Positions 10,284 through 18,994 of a DNA stretch of 64,000 nt are shown one piece after another. Under the pieces are notes generated by a model. That model saw only the letters and a program-made list of their open reading frames with translations. It had not been told where the DNA came from and searched no databases. Within the stretch, counting starts at the first letter, position 1. Each line of letters begins with the position of its first letter. This DNA comes from Spirochaetaceae bacterium (GTDB taxonomy: Bacteria > Spirochaetota > Spirochaetia > DSM-2461): contig OZ245056.1 of the NCBI GenBank assembly GCA_965224705.1, forward strand, positions 2,528,001-2,592,000. Direction: 5' to 3'. Made by a program: the position numbers and the translations under genes.

Positions 10284-10861
10284 TGATAAGAATCCAGAGA
10301 AAGACCAGAGAAACAGATGTTCAGGTAATTCTTGATATGGGCGCCGACGGACCATCTGATCCTCAGACAGGTCTGCCGTTTTTCGATCACATGCTGAATT
10401 CCATGGCATTTCATGGGCAATTCCAACTTGAGATCACAGCAAGTGGTGATGTTGCCGTTGATCCTCATCACCTGGTTGAAGATACGGGTCTTGTGATTGG
10501 TCAGGCTCTCGAAGAGTACCGATTGAAAACTAATGGCATTGCCAGATATGGTCAGGCTCTTATTCCCATGGATGATGCTCTGAGTGAAGCGGTTGTTGAT
10601 GCCTGTGGCCGTCCTTACCTTGTTTGCAATGTGCAGTGGCCGCAAACTCATGCCGGTGATTTCGATCTATCCCTTCTCAGGGAGTTCTGGTGGGGGCTGG
10701 CTGTTGCGGGAAAACTCAATCTCCATCTTCATACCCGATATGCGGAGAATGCTCATCATGGGGCCGAATCTCTCTTCAAAGCTGTCGGGAGGGCTCTGGG
10801 TAAGGCATATCAGCCAATTCAAGGCGGCGAATCAGCCATGTCAACTAAAGGTAGAATATAG
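10283..10861 (+). CDS. hisB: Imidazoleglycerol-phosphate dehydratase
   Basis: RKTRETDV, FFDHML, DPHHLVED, PMDDAL, NAHHGAESLFKA. Confidence 0.96.
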   Translation: MIRIQRKTRETDVQVILDMGADGPSDPQTGLPFFDHMLNSMAFHGQFQLEITASGDVAVDPHHLVEDTGLVIGQALEEYRLKTNGIARYGQALIPMDDALSEAVVDACGRPYLVCNVQWPQTHAGDFDLSLLREFWWGLAVAGKLNLHLHTRYAENAHHGAESLFKAVGRALGKAYQPIQGGESAMSTKGRI

Positions 10862-10864
10862 GTC

Positions 10865-11185
10865 GTGGCCAGGATACTTCAGGAAGGGTTCATAAAAACT
10901 GTCAGGCCCAAAACCATTCAGGTAAAATCTTCAGAAAAGGCGGCCTTGATCAGAAAAGGAAATCAGTTGCTCAATTCCGGCGATGTGGAAATGGCCAGGA
11001 AGATATTCCTGTCCCTTGGGTATTCCGATGGCATAATCAGAATAGGTGACTATTACTATAATAATGCCGACTATGCGGAAGCCTGGCGGATGTATAAAAT
11101 TGCCCCGGCTCCCGATAAGGCTGCACAGATGACAGAACTCATGGCCAATATCCTTGTGAAGTGGATGGAAGACCGGGGAAAATGA
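10865..11185 (+). CDS. Hypothetical TPR-like helical protein
   Basis: ALIRKGNQLLNSG..ARKIF..GYSDGIIRIGDYY; follows hisB. Confidence 0.8.
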   Translation: MARILQEGFIKTVRPKTIQVKSSEKAALIRKGNQLLNSGDVEMARKIFLSLGYSDGIIRIGDYYYNNADYAEAWRMYKIAPAPDKAAQMTELMANILVKWMEDRGK

Positions 11186-11398
11186 TTGGGGTTATCCACT
11201 TCCCGGATAGATGATACTGCTTTTGAGAAATTATGACACAGATAGGCACTCCTTATTGTCTCAATGATTCAAATCGACTCAAAATAAGTATATCCTGATG
11301 AAAACACTGTGATTCTCTACGCCGATCTGTAGATTCTGCTGAGAATTTGTTTTTTTATTTCTTTTAATAAAAAGGAAATAGATTAACGATTTAGAAAG

Positions 11399-11415
11399 TT
11401 GGCATGCTATGTGCT
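11399..11415 (+). promoter_or_regulatory. Candidate sigma54 (-24/-12) promoter of hsp20
   Basis: TTGGCATGCTATGTGCT matches YTGGCACGRNNNTTGCW with exact spacing; A/T tract upstream. Confidence 0.6.
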
Positions 11416-11453
11416 ATATAGGTAGTGAGATCAATTTCATGAGGAGGTATGAT

Positions 11454-11870
11454 ATGAAACATCTCTGTACAACTGCCTGGAGGCCGCTGAGCATGATGAA
11501 TGGTCTGGATTCCATGCTGAAGCATTACATGGAATCTTCAGATCCCCACGAAGGATTTGCTGTCGATACAGCTGAAACAAATGAAGGTTATCGAATACTG
11601 GCTGATCTACCCGGATTCGCAGCGTCTGAAATTGATGTGCGGATTGATAATAATGCATTGGTTATCGAAGCCAGAGTGGAAGATCGAAATGAGGAAGAAA
11701 TAACCTGGCACAGTCGAGAACGATTGCGGAGGAATCGAAAACGTTCATTTATTCTGCCCGATGATGTTGACAGGAGCTCTGTTGAGGCCAGAATGGAAAA
11801 TGGTACTCTGATTGTTGAACTGAAGAAGAGTCCTGGGTCCGAATCTTTCAATATAAAAGTGCAGAGTTAA
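11454..11870 (+). CDS. Hsp20/alpha-crystallin small heat-shock protein
   Basis: ADLPG, RSFILPDDVD, ARMENGTLIVELKK; SD GAGGAGG before ATG 11454. Confidence 0.93.
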   Translation: MKHLCTTAWRPLSMMNGLDSMLKHYMESSDPHEGFAVDTAETNEGYRILADLPGFAASEIDVRIDNNALVIEARVEDRNEEEITWHSRERLRRNRKRSFILPDDVDRSSVEARMENGTLIVELKKSPGSESFNIKVQS

Positions 11871-11926
11871 TCAGGCAGGTTTCATTCAGCCGTCACATTC
11901 GCATTCCGGATATGACGGCTTTTTTG

Positions 11927-13600
11927 TCAGTAGTGAAATCCGCTTCGGCCGATGAACTCCCGCAGGATTGAGTATAGGGGAACTTCTTCAATAGGGAAGG
12001 GAGAGAAATTGTCCAGAAACGCCAATAGACGTCTTGCTTCTCCATATTCCTCTTCAACAGGAGATACTGTTCGTAAGAGGGGTTCGGCAAACACCTTCAA
12101 TATGGCCAGCTCGTAATCCAGGGCTGAATTGAACATTGTATCGGCCAGATACTGCCAGGGGAAGATGTGCTTTTCTTCTCCACGGCGAACAGATGACCAG
12201 ATTTTAAGTGTATCACTGGCTGAGTACTGGCGAAATTGATGGTCCCGGACAATGCGGCGAATGAGCCTGTTGTCTGTTGTAGGAATGCGGATATGGTTGT
12301 CCAGATTCAAGGTTGTCAGGGCGGAGATATAAATACGAAATGCTTTGCCCATATCCAGATCCGGTGCCAGGTTGGGATTCAAACCATGAATTCCTTCGAA
12401 TAGAAGAACACTATCTTCATTGAGGATTGTTTTTCTGCCCCGGGGAAGGCGCCCCCCAGTTTTTTTGAAATCGAAGACAGGTATTTCTACTTCTTTTCCG
12501 GCAAAGAGGTCTGCAATGTTTTCATTGAAGAGTTTAACATCCAGTGCTTCCAATACCTCAAAATCCGGTTTGCCGTCTCTATCTTTTGGGATGTTTTCTA
12601 TTCTGTTGTAATAATCATCCAGACTGACAAGCTTCGGATGCAAGCCAATGGATTTAAGACTCAATGCCAGTTTCTTCATGAATGTTGTTTTGCCTGACGA
12701 TGAGGGACCAGCTATCATGACAACCTTTACTTCGCTGGATTTCTGGTTAATCTTCCCTGCGATTTCTGCTATTTTTCTATCGTGGAGGGCCTCGGCTGTA
12801 AGGATGAAATCTTTTGCCGTACTGCGTTGACGGGACAGGGTGTTGAGACTGGCAACATTGGATACAGAAAGAATTTCTCCCCAGCGTTTGTATTCTTTAT
12901 AAACGGCATAGAGCTGAGATTTATTCCTGCTCTGGTTCAATACTTGAGGAGTCCTATGTGACGGGTAGCCCAATATGAGCCCCTCGGCATAGGGCTTGAC
13001 AGAGAATTCTTTCAGGACACCCGTATTCTCAACCATGGGGCTGTACCGTAGAGTCATGTACTGGTCAGTTCTCCAGATCTTTAATGGAGAATTGTTAAGC
13101 TCCCGCAGGAGTAATACAGTTGACTCGCATCCAAGACTTTTATAGTACTCAATCATATCCGTCCAGGACATTTCGTCGGGTATGATGTCCTGGGTATCTT
13201 CAACAATTTCCTTCATCCTGCCTTCAATACTCTCAGCTTCCTGCCTGCTGACAGATGGTGAATCGTCCTGAAATCTATAGAAGAAACCATTATCAAGGGA
13301 GTGTCCAATAATTGTCTGGCGATCAGGATAGACCTGATGAACTGCTATTTCAAATAAGAATATGAGTGAGTTTTGATAGATTCGCTGTCCGGAGGATTCG
13401 TGCAATGCTATGGGTACGAGTTCACAATTAACAGTTATTCTATCCATGAGAGAGGCATATTCATTATTCATGCGGGCTGCAATTATTTTTGAGTTATTTC
13501 TATCCAGACCTGAGTTGAAGCATTCATGGATGCAGGTTCCGTAGGGCACGCTTAGTTTTTGCTTCCCCAGGATAACAGTCATGTTTCGTTCTCTTATCAT
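11927..13600 (-). CDS. Uridine/nucleoside kinase with ThrRS-like N-terminal domains
   Basis: IAGPSSSGKTT, SLDDYY, EGIHGLN, RLIRRIVRD, FNSALDYEL; start approximate. Confidence 0.9.
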   Translation of the reverse strand: MIRERNMTVILGKQKLSVPYGTCIHECFNSGLDRNNSKIIAARMNNEYASLMDRITVNCELVPIALHESSGQRIYQNSLIFLFEIAVHQVYPDRQTIIGHSLDNGFFYRFQDDSPSVSRQEAESIEGRMKEIVEDTQDIIPDEMSWTDMIEYYKSLGCESTVLLLRELNNSPLKIWRTDQYMTLRYSPMVENTGVLKEFSVKPYAEGLILGYPSHRTPQVLNQSRNKSQLYAVYKEYKRWGEILSVSNVASLNTLSRQRSTAKDFILTAEALHDRKIAEIAGKINQKSSEVKVVMIAGPSSSGKTTFMKKLALSLKSIGLHPKLVSLDDYYNRIENIPKDRDGKPDFEVLEALDVKLFNENIADLFAGKEVEIPVFDFKKTGGRLPRGRKTILNEDSVLLFEGIHGLNPNLAPDLDMGKAFRIYISALTTLNLDNHIRIPTTDNRLIRRIVRDHQFRQYSASDTLKIWSSVRRGEEKHIFPWQYLADTMFNSALDYELAILKVFAEPLLRTVSPVEEEYGEARRLLAFLDNFSPFPIEEVPLYSILREFIGRSGFHY

Positions 13601-13625
13601 TTCTGATCTCCATGCTGATGATTCA

Positions 13626-14825
13626 TCATGGCAAAAGTTTATCGGTCCGCAATCTTGAAATCTGCTGGTTGCTGAGAGCATTTACTATGGTTAAACTGTT
13701 TTCTTCATGTGTATCCACAACAAGGAGGTCTTTGAGAGGATTGAGGTTTTTATCCAGCAGAAGCTTCACAATTGGTGATTTCAGATCTTTTGGATTAATC
13801 TCCTGAACAACACCAATGGCATTGTTGTCCAGTGCAATGTAGGTTCCTGGAGGATACAATGAAAAAGTCTTCAGAAGAGCCTTTATTACGGTCTCATCAA
13901 AATTTGTACCAATTTCCTGCATCATCAGCAGCATTGCGGAATGGGGATTCAAACTGACTCTATACGCTTTTTTTGAGATTCGGGCAGCATAAACACTTGC
14001 CGCAGCCAGAATTTTCCCTATCAGGGATATGCCCACTCCTTTTATTCCCAATGGAGAACCGGATCCATCTTCTCTTTCTTGATATTGAGCAATGCCCAAT
14101 GGAATATCCGGTGAAATTGATGACTTACTTCGTTTGAAGTAAGTGGTAAGCAGTTCTTTCCCAAGGATGGGATGAGCTCTAAACAGTTTCTCTTCAGATT
14201 CATTCAACTGCGATTTTTTATTGTACAGCTTGATGCATGTCTGATAGGGAATCTTCATCATCCCGATTTTGTGTAAAACTCCTGCAATTCCAATTTCTAT
14301 AAGTCGAAACAGAGGTATTTTCAATCCTTCGCCAATCAATATGGCAATAACAGTGGTCATGCAGATACTGTGAATAAATATGTTTTCTACATCTTCGTAG
14401 ATCCCGGAGAGTTGCAGCACGTAGTTCCTGTACTCTTTAATCTTCACGATGAGATCTCTCACCATTTCCGTTATTAGTGGTAAATCAATTTCCTTGTTGA
14501 CGTTAAAAACAGTATAAGTATCTGTAATAAAAAGATGCAAATCTTCGTATAATTCTCTGGCAGTTCTGAGATCTTCTTCAGCTTCCGCATCAATACTGAG
14601 TACCGTAGCATTTTCAATTTCCTCCAGGGCAGGAGTGGGGGCATCCGTCATCGTTCCCCGGGTAAAAACTGTCCGAAACTCCCAATTCTTCAGATTTCTT
14701 ATCAATGACTCCGTTACAGGGGTTTCTCTGGTGAGAAGAAGAATTCTCTCATCAAGCCACAACAGGTCATTGAGAAGTGCATTGGGTTTGAGAGAACTTA
14801 CTGGTAATTCATTAATAGCCGACAT
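13626..14825 (-). CDS. Degenerate HD-GYP domain protein
   Basis: LHKIG, HP, QYQEREDGSGSPLG, C-terminal YPPGT..L...IGVV. Confidence 0.85.
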   Translation of the reverse strand: MSAINELPVSSLKPNALLNDLLWLDERILLLTRETPVTESLIRNLKNWEFRTVFTRGTMTDAPTPALEEIENATVLSIDAEAEEDLRTARELYEDLHLFITDTYTVFNVNKEIDLPLITEMVRDLIVKIKEYRNYVLQLSGIYEDVENIFIHSICMTTVIAILIGEGLKIPLFRLIEIGIAGVLHKIGMMKIPYQTCIKLYNKKSQLNESEEKLFRAHPILGKELLTTYFKRSKSSISPDIPLGIAQYQEREDGSGSPLGIKGVGISLIGKILAAASVYAARISKKAYRVSLNPHSAMLLMMQEIGTNFDETVIKALLKTFSLYPPGTYIALDNNAIGVVQEINPKDLKSPIVKLLLDKNLNPLKDLLVVDTHEENSLTIVNALSNQQISRLRTDKLLP

Positions 14826-14887
14826 ATGCTTTCTTGACCCCTTCTACTGGCTTCAATACACTGATTTCTCAGTACTCATGCACCTGG

Positions 14888-14985
14888 GAGTCTGTCGGAC
14901 TTTAAGGCTGTGTGAGTATTTTGGCAGCACAGCAGCAGGAAAGAAGAGCGACAATTGAGCCGTGAGGCGTGAGTCCGACAGGCTC
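14888..14985 (-). mobile_element. MITE family 1, copy 2 (internally deleted, 98 bp)
   Basis: GAGTCTGTCGGACTT ... GAGTCCGACAGGCTC; flanks CTGG/CCGG. Confidence 0.85.
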
Positions 14986-15020
14986 CCGGGCAGCATCATT
15001 TCATTATACAGGAGTGTTCC

Positions 15021-15812
15021 GTGAAATTTAAGTCCATATTCTGGATATATAACATAATTGTCATATTCGTGCTCCTATCATTCACTCTTATCTCCCTGTT
15101 TGTTTTTGGTTCAATCTACATAGTAGAATACTGGAGCAGGATGTGGGTTGTCACGGCCATCTTTGTCGTTTTAGTTGGACTACTTGATTACTACTTCATT
15201 CTTAATTGGAAACTCTTTGACTTAATGGAAAAAGAAGACTGGCCGGTACTTCTGGCATGGCTGGAGGATAAGATATACAGAAAAGGTAAAATAAAGAAGC
15301 ACTATGTCAACCTTCTGATCAATACGGCATTATCGGTATCCAATCTGGAATCAGTGAGGAAACTGGAAACTGAGATAAGGCACCGAAAAAAAGGATTACT
15401 CCCAAAAGTTGGGGTGTCATTGGGTATCCCCCTGCTGTTGAAACAGAATCACAGGGCCATATATGACTATTATACACAATTTGCGGAGGATGAAAAAACT
15501 TCTATGCGGGAATGGGCCCAATGGTGTCAGGCCTACGCTTCTGAAGATCCAATGTATGCTGTTCTTTTTGAGTTATTGAATAGCCAGGATCCATCTATAA
15601 GTTTACTATCCATGGATTTATTAGAGCAGAATTCGGGGGAACTGGATGAACAGGATATCAGGAAAATCGATGAATTCAAAAGAAGCATCCATTCAAAGTT
15701 AGCTGGTTCAAAGGGTGTCCGCATCCTGCAGGAATCCCGTGAAAGAAGTCTTATCGCCAATGTCATGTCTTCCCGGGTTGATACCGTGCGGGATAAACTC
15801 ATTAACCAGTGA
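15021..15812 (+). CDS. Hypothetical membrane protein
   Basis: Two N-terminal hydrophobic helices; SD AGGAG before GTG. Confidence 0.8.
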   Translation: MKFKSIFWIYNIIVIFVLLSFTLISLFVFGSIYIVEYWSRMWVVTAIFVVLVGLLDYYFILNWKLFDLMEKEDWPVLLAWLEDKIYRKGKIKKHYVNLLINTALSVSNLESVRKLETEIRHRKKGLLPKVGVSLGIPLLLKQNHRAIYDYYTQFAEDEKTSMREWAQWCQAYASEDPMYAVLFELLNSQDPSISLLSMDLLEQNSGELDEQDIRKIDEFKRSIHSKLAGSKGVRILQESRERSLIANVMSSRVDTVRDKLINQ

Positions 15813-15831
15813 ATTAAGGAGTTCTTGCCCT

Positions 15832-17337
15832 ATGAGTGTTCGTGTCCGTTATGCACCTTCGCCAACAGGCTTACAGCACATTGGCGGAATTCGTACTGCA
15901 TTGTTCAATTATTTTTTCGCACGGGTCAGTAAGGGGAAATTCATCCTGAGGGTGGAAGATACGGATCAGGAAAGAAGCACTCCGGAAGCCCTCAGCGACC
16001 TGTATTCCAATCTGGAATGGCTGGGTATTGATTTCGATGAGGGCCCCGGAAAAGAAGGGAATTGCGGTCCCTATATACAATCCCTCAGGAAGGAAATCTA
16101 CAGGGAAAAAGCGCAGCATCTGGTACAGATGGGAAAGGCCTATCCCTGTTTTTGTTCCTCTGAGCGCCTGAACCAGATCCGTGAGGAGCAAAAGAATTCA
16201 AAAACTGATATTGGTTATGATCGCAGATGTGAGAGTATTTCTCCGTCAGAAGCTGCCGCCCGCATGGCTTCCGGTGAGCCATATGTTCTCAGATTGAAAG
16301 TTCCCCGGGAGGGTAAAACAGAATTTGCAGACCTTTTGCTTGGCCGTATCAGCCGTAAGAACAAGGATATTAACCCTGATCCTGTTATTCTTAAATCGGA
16401 TGGATTTCCAACCTATCATCTGGCTAATGTCATTGATGATCACATGATGGGCATTACCCATATAATGCGTGCCCAGGAATGGATCCCTTCGGGTCCGCTG
16501 CATGTATTGCTCTACCAGGCATTCAGCTGGAATCTGCCTTTCTACTGCCACCTTCCCATGGTGATGGGAAAAGATGGGCAGAAACTCTCCAAGAGACATG
16601 GAGCAACAGCGGTTTCGGATTTCCGTGCCGCAGGCTACCTGCCCGAAGCCATCATCAATTACATTTCTCTTCTGGGTTGGAGTTATGATGATTCCCGTGA
16701 GTTTTTTACCAGAAACGAGCTTTGTGAATTGTTTTGTATTGAGAAAATCAATAAATCTCCAGCTATTTTCGACTACAGGAAGCTTGAGTGGTTTAATGGT
16801 CAGTATATTCGCAGAAAAGACCCGGAAACTTTAAAAACTGAGCTGAGATCCATATTGGTACAGGATGGAATAATATCCAATCCAATATCAGCTGAGGACA
16901 GGGACATCTTCGAGGGCGCATTCCCCATTGTCCGGGAACGGCTTAAAGTTCTTGGAGATGTATCATCCATGCTGAGATTTCTTTTTGATGACCCCGGAAC
17001 TGGCAATACTGAAGATGCCATACCGAAAAAAATGGATGGTTTGCAGACAGCCGCCGTACTGAGGGCTGGTATTATACTATTGGGCAATGCCCCGGAAGTT
17101 CCCCCTGTTGCCAACCAGACTGCGTGCCGAAAATGGGACGATGACCGGGAGAATGAATTCCGGGCAAAGGCCGATGAATCCGGATGGAAGTTCGGGGTAA
17201 TGATGCAGCCTCTGCGGCTGGCCGTTACGGCCAGCAAGGTCAGTCCCCCCCTGTTTCCGGCAATTCGACTTCTGGGAATTGAGGAATCCCTCCGGCGGGC
17301 AGAACGATTACTGAAGGAACTGGAGGGGACTCTTTAA
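15832..17337 (+). CDS. gltX: Glutamate--tRNA ligase
   Basis: RYAPSPTG, HIGG, LRVEDTD, PTYHLANVIDD, KLSKR; ATG 15832. Confidence 0.97.
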   Translation: MSVRVRYAPSPTGLQHIGGIRTALFNYFFARVSKGKFILRVEDTDQERSTPEALSDLYSNLEWLGIDFDEGPGKEGNCGPYIQSLRKEIYREKAQHLVQMGKAYPCFCSSERLNQIREEQKNSKTDIGYDRRCESISPSEAAARMASGEPYVLRLKVPREGKTEFADLLLGRISRKNKDINPDPVILKSDGFPTYHLANVIDDHMMGITHIMRAQEWIPSGPLHVLLYQAFSWNLPFYCHLPMVMGKDGQKLSKRHGATAVSDFRAAGYLPEAIINYISLLGWSYDDSREFFTRNELCELFCIEKINKSPAIFDYRKLEWFNGQYIRRKDPETLKTELRSILVQDGIISNPISAEDRDIFEGAFPIVRERLKVLGDVSSMLRFLFDDPGTGNTEDAIPKKMDGLQTAAVLRAGIILLGNAPEVPPVANQTACRKWDDDRENEFRAKADESGWKFGVMMQPLRLAVTASKVSPPLFPAIRLLGIEESLRRAERLLKELEGTL

Positions 17338-17608
17338 GAGGAAGAAAAATCCAAACTAAATTCGGCTTTTCTTTCATTTTTGAGGTATTCTGCCACGAAA
17401 ATGCGGATGCATTCAGGCACCCGTGGGGGCTGTGTCAGGCCAAAGGCGAGTTCTGGCACAGCTCCTTTAGGAGGCCTCATCATTCTTCTACGGTTTAAAT
17501 CTCTGGTGATGGATCCGCCGGGTGGTGTGAAAGAATAATGCAGCCACACCATTGTCCTGGCTATTAACCTTGTTTCATATCTGGATACTCTCCAGCCAGG
17601 CTTTGATT

Positions 17609-18346
17609 TCAGTCTGACTCTATCCGTTTCAACCCATCTCGACTCATGACTAAACGGAATCTCTGAGTACTGTGATTCTGATTACCGAAACCTGTCAGGC
17701 AGATTACAAGGCTGAGGCTGTAGACGCGTTTGCTTTTCATTGCCCGTGGTTTTTCGTTCTCTGCAAATACTGATACCATCTTCTCTGGAGCATCCATACT
17801 TCGCAACAGTTCATCCAGTTTCAGGCGTACTATGTCCGTGACCGTATCCAGACGGATATGAAACTTTCTGAGTCTTTTATTGTTGATGACAATTTTTCGT
17901 CGGTAGTGAATCAGATCTTCCTCCGGATGAATATGCTGAAGAGGGCTTGTAATTGTTTGCCTTGCTCGCAAGACATCGCGAGGGGCATTTCTGGCCTTGA
18001 TAAAACGAACTCGACTGTTCACTCTTCCAGCCTTGTTTCCGGTAGCCTGGTCAGTCAGACGAATCCGTTCATCTGCAACAAGGCCAGGTGCGGTATGTAT
18101 CAGTACCTCCCTCAAAGACTCCTTAATGCGGTCTTTGAAAATGTATGAAACGACAATAGCTAAGATCCATGGAAGACTTTGTCCGGGGAGGTACCTATCT
18201 GCAATAATTGACACAGAAACAGCAAAGGTCATGGCAATTGCAGCTGCGATGCTGGCATAGAGTGGTGATCCTGTCTCCGACGCATATATGCACGCCAGAC
18301 TCCGTAATTCGTACAAAATCCGTTTTACATTAACATCATGCGGCAA
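17609..18346 (-). pseudogene. Hypothetical membrane protein, probably 5'-truncated
   Basis: Two TM helices then YIFKDRIKE; no convincing start or SD; 5' end overlaps an opposite-strand fragment. Confidence 0.5.
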
Positions 18347-18820
18347 CAGACTGCTGTCAATTCCTTTCTGAATTCTGGAAAATGGACTGATTTCATACGA
18401 CGGATCAACAAGGTTCGACAGGGATATTGAGGGAACGCCGAATCGAGTCAGGCAGTTTATATCGGAGAAGAAACCGGAAACACCATCAAAATCATGTCAA
18501 AATTCTGGGGCAGCGAGTGGCTTGTGGAACCGCCGGAAGAATCACCTCCCGCGATTTCCCTTAATGAACTCTGTCAGAAGCTGCAGGAGAAATGTACCGA
18601 GGAAGGAGTGGAAAAGGATATAAACATCCATCAAAGCGCGAAAGCTCTCAAAATCCTTTTTCGGCACAGAGGCACAAAAGCCTATAATCTGAAATTTCTG
18701 CTGGAGGATATTTTTGGCAAAAACGCGCTTCACCTGGGATGGAGAATAACCCGCCTGGCCTGTCTGGCTGTTGATAACAATGGGGAAAACCCCATGAATT
18801 ACCTGAATCTCTGTCATTAA
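18308..18820 (+). pseudogene. Interrupted ORF of unknown function upstream of the NLR gene
   Basis: Frame of the 108-aa ORF (18494) continues upstream to 18308 with a single in-frame TGA at 18428-18430. Confidence 0.4.
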
Positions 18821-18944
18821 CATATCGGCGGCGGCCGGACTGCTTCAGGCTCCGCTGCCGCTCCGGCGGTTGAGAAGTGGATGCAGCGGATAATTTCGAG
18901 AATACATATTTTTATGAAAAAATAGAAATAAATATGAATAACCG

Positions 18945-18973
18945 TTGACCTTTCTCTGGGCTCATAGTATTTT
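18945..18973 (+). promoter_or_regulatory. Candidate sigma70 promoter of the NLR-like gene
   Basis: TTGACC-17 bp-TATTTT with an A/T-rich upstream tract; SD AAGGAG before ATG 18995. Confidence 0.5.
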
Positions 18974-18994
18974 GTCTCTGCTAAGGAGAAAAAA

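Noticed and set aside
11192..11200. DnaA box-like TTATCCACT
   Set aside because: Single imperfect box with no cluster or origin context
11243..11270. CIRCE element upstream of hsp20
   Set aside because: Only a half-site (GCACTC); no matching inverted arm
17505..17519. Fluoride riboswitch-like GGTGATGGATCCGCC
   Set aside because: Downstream conserved elements are missing and no suitable gene follows on that strand
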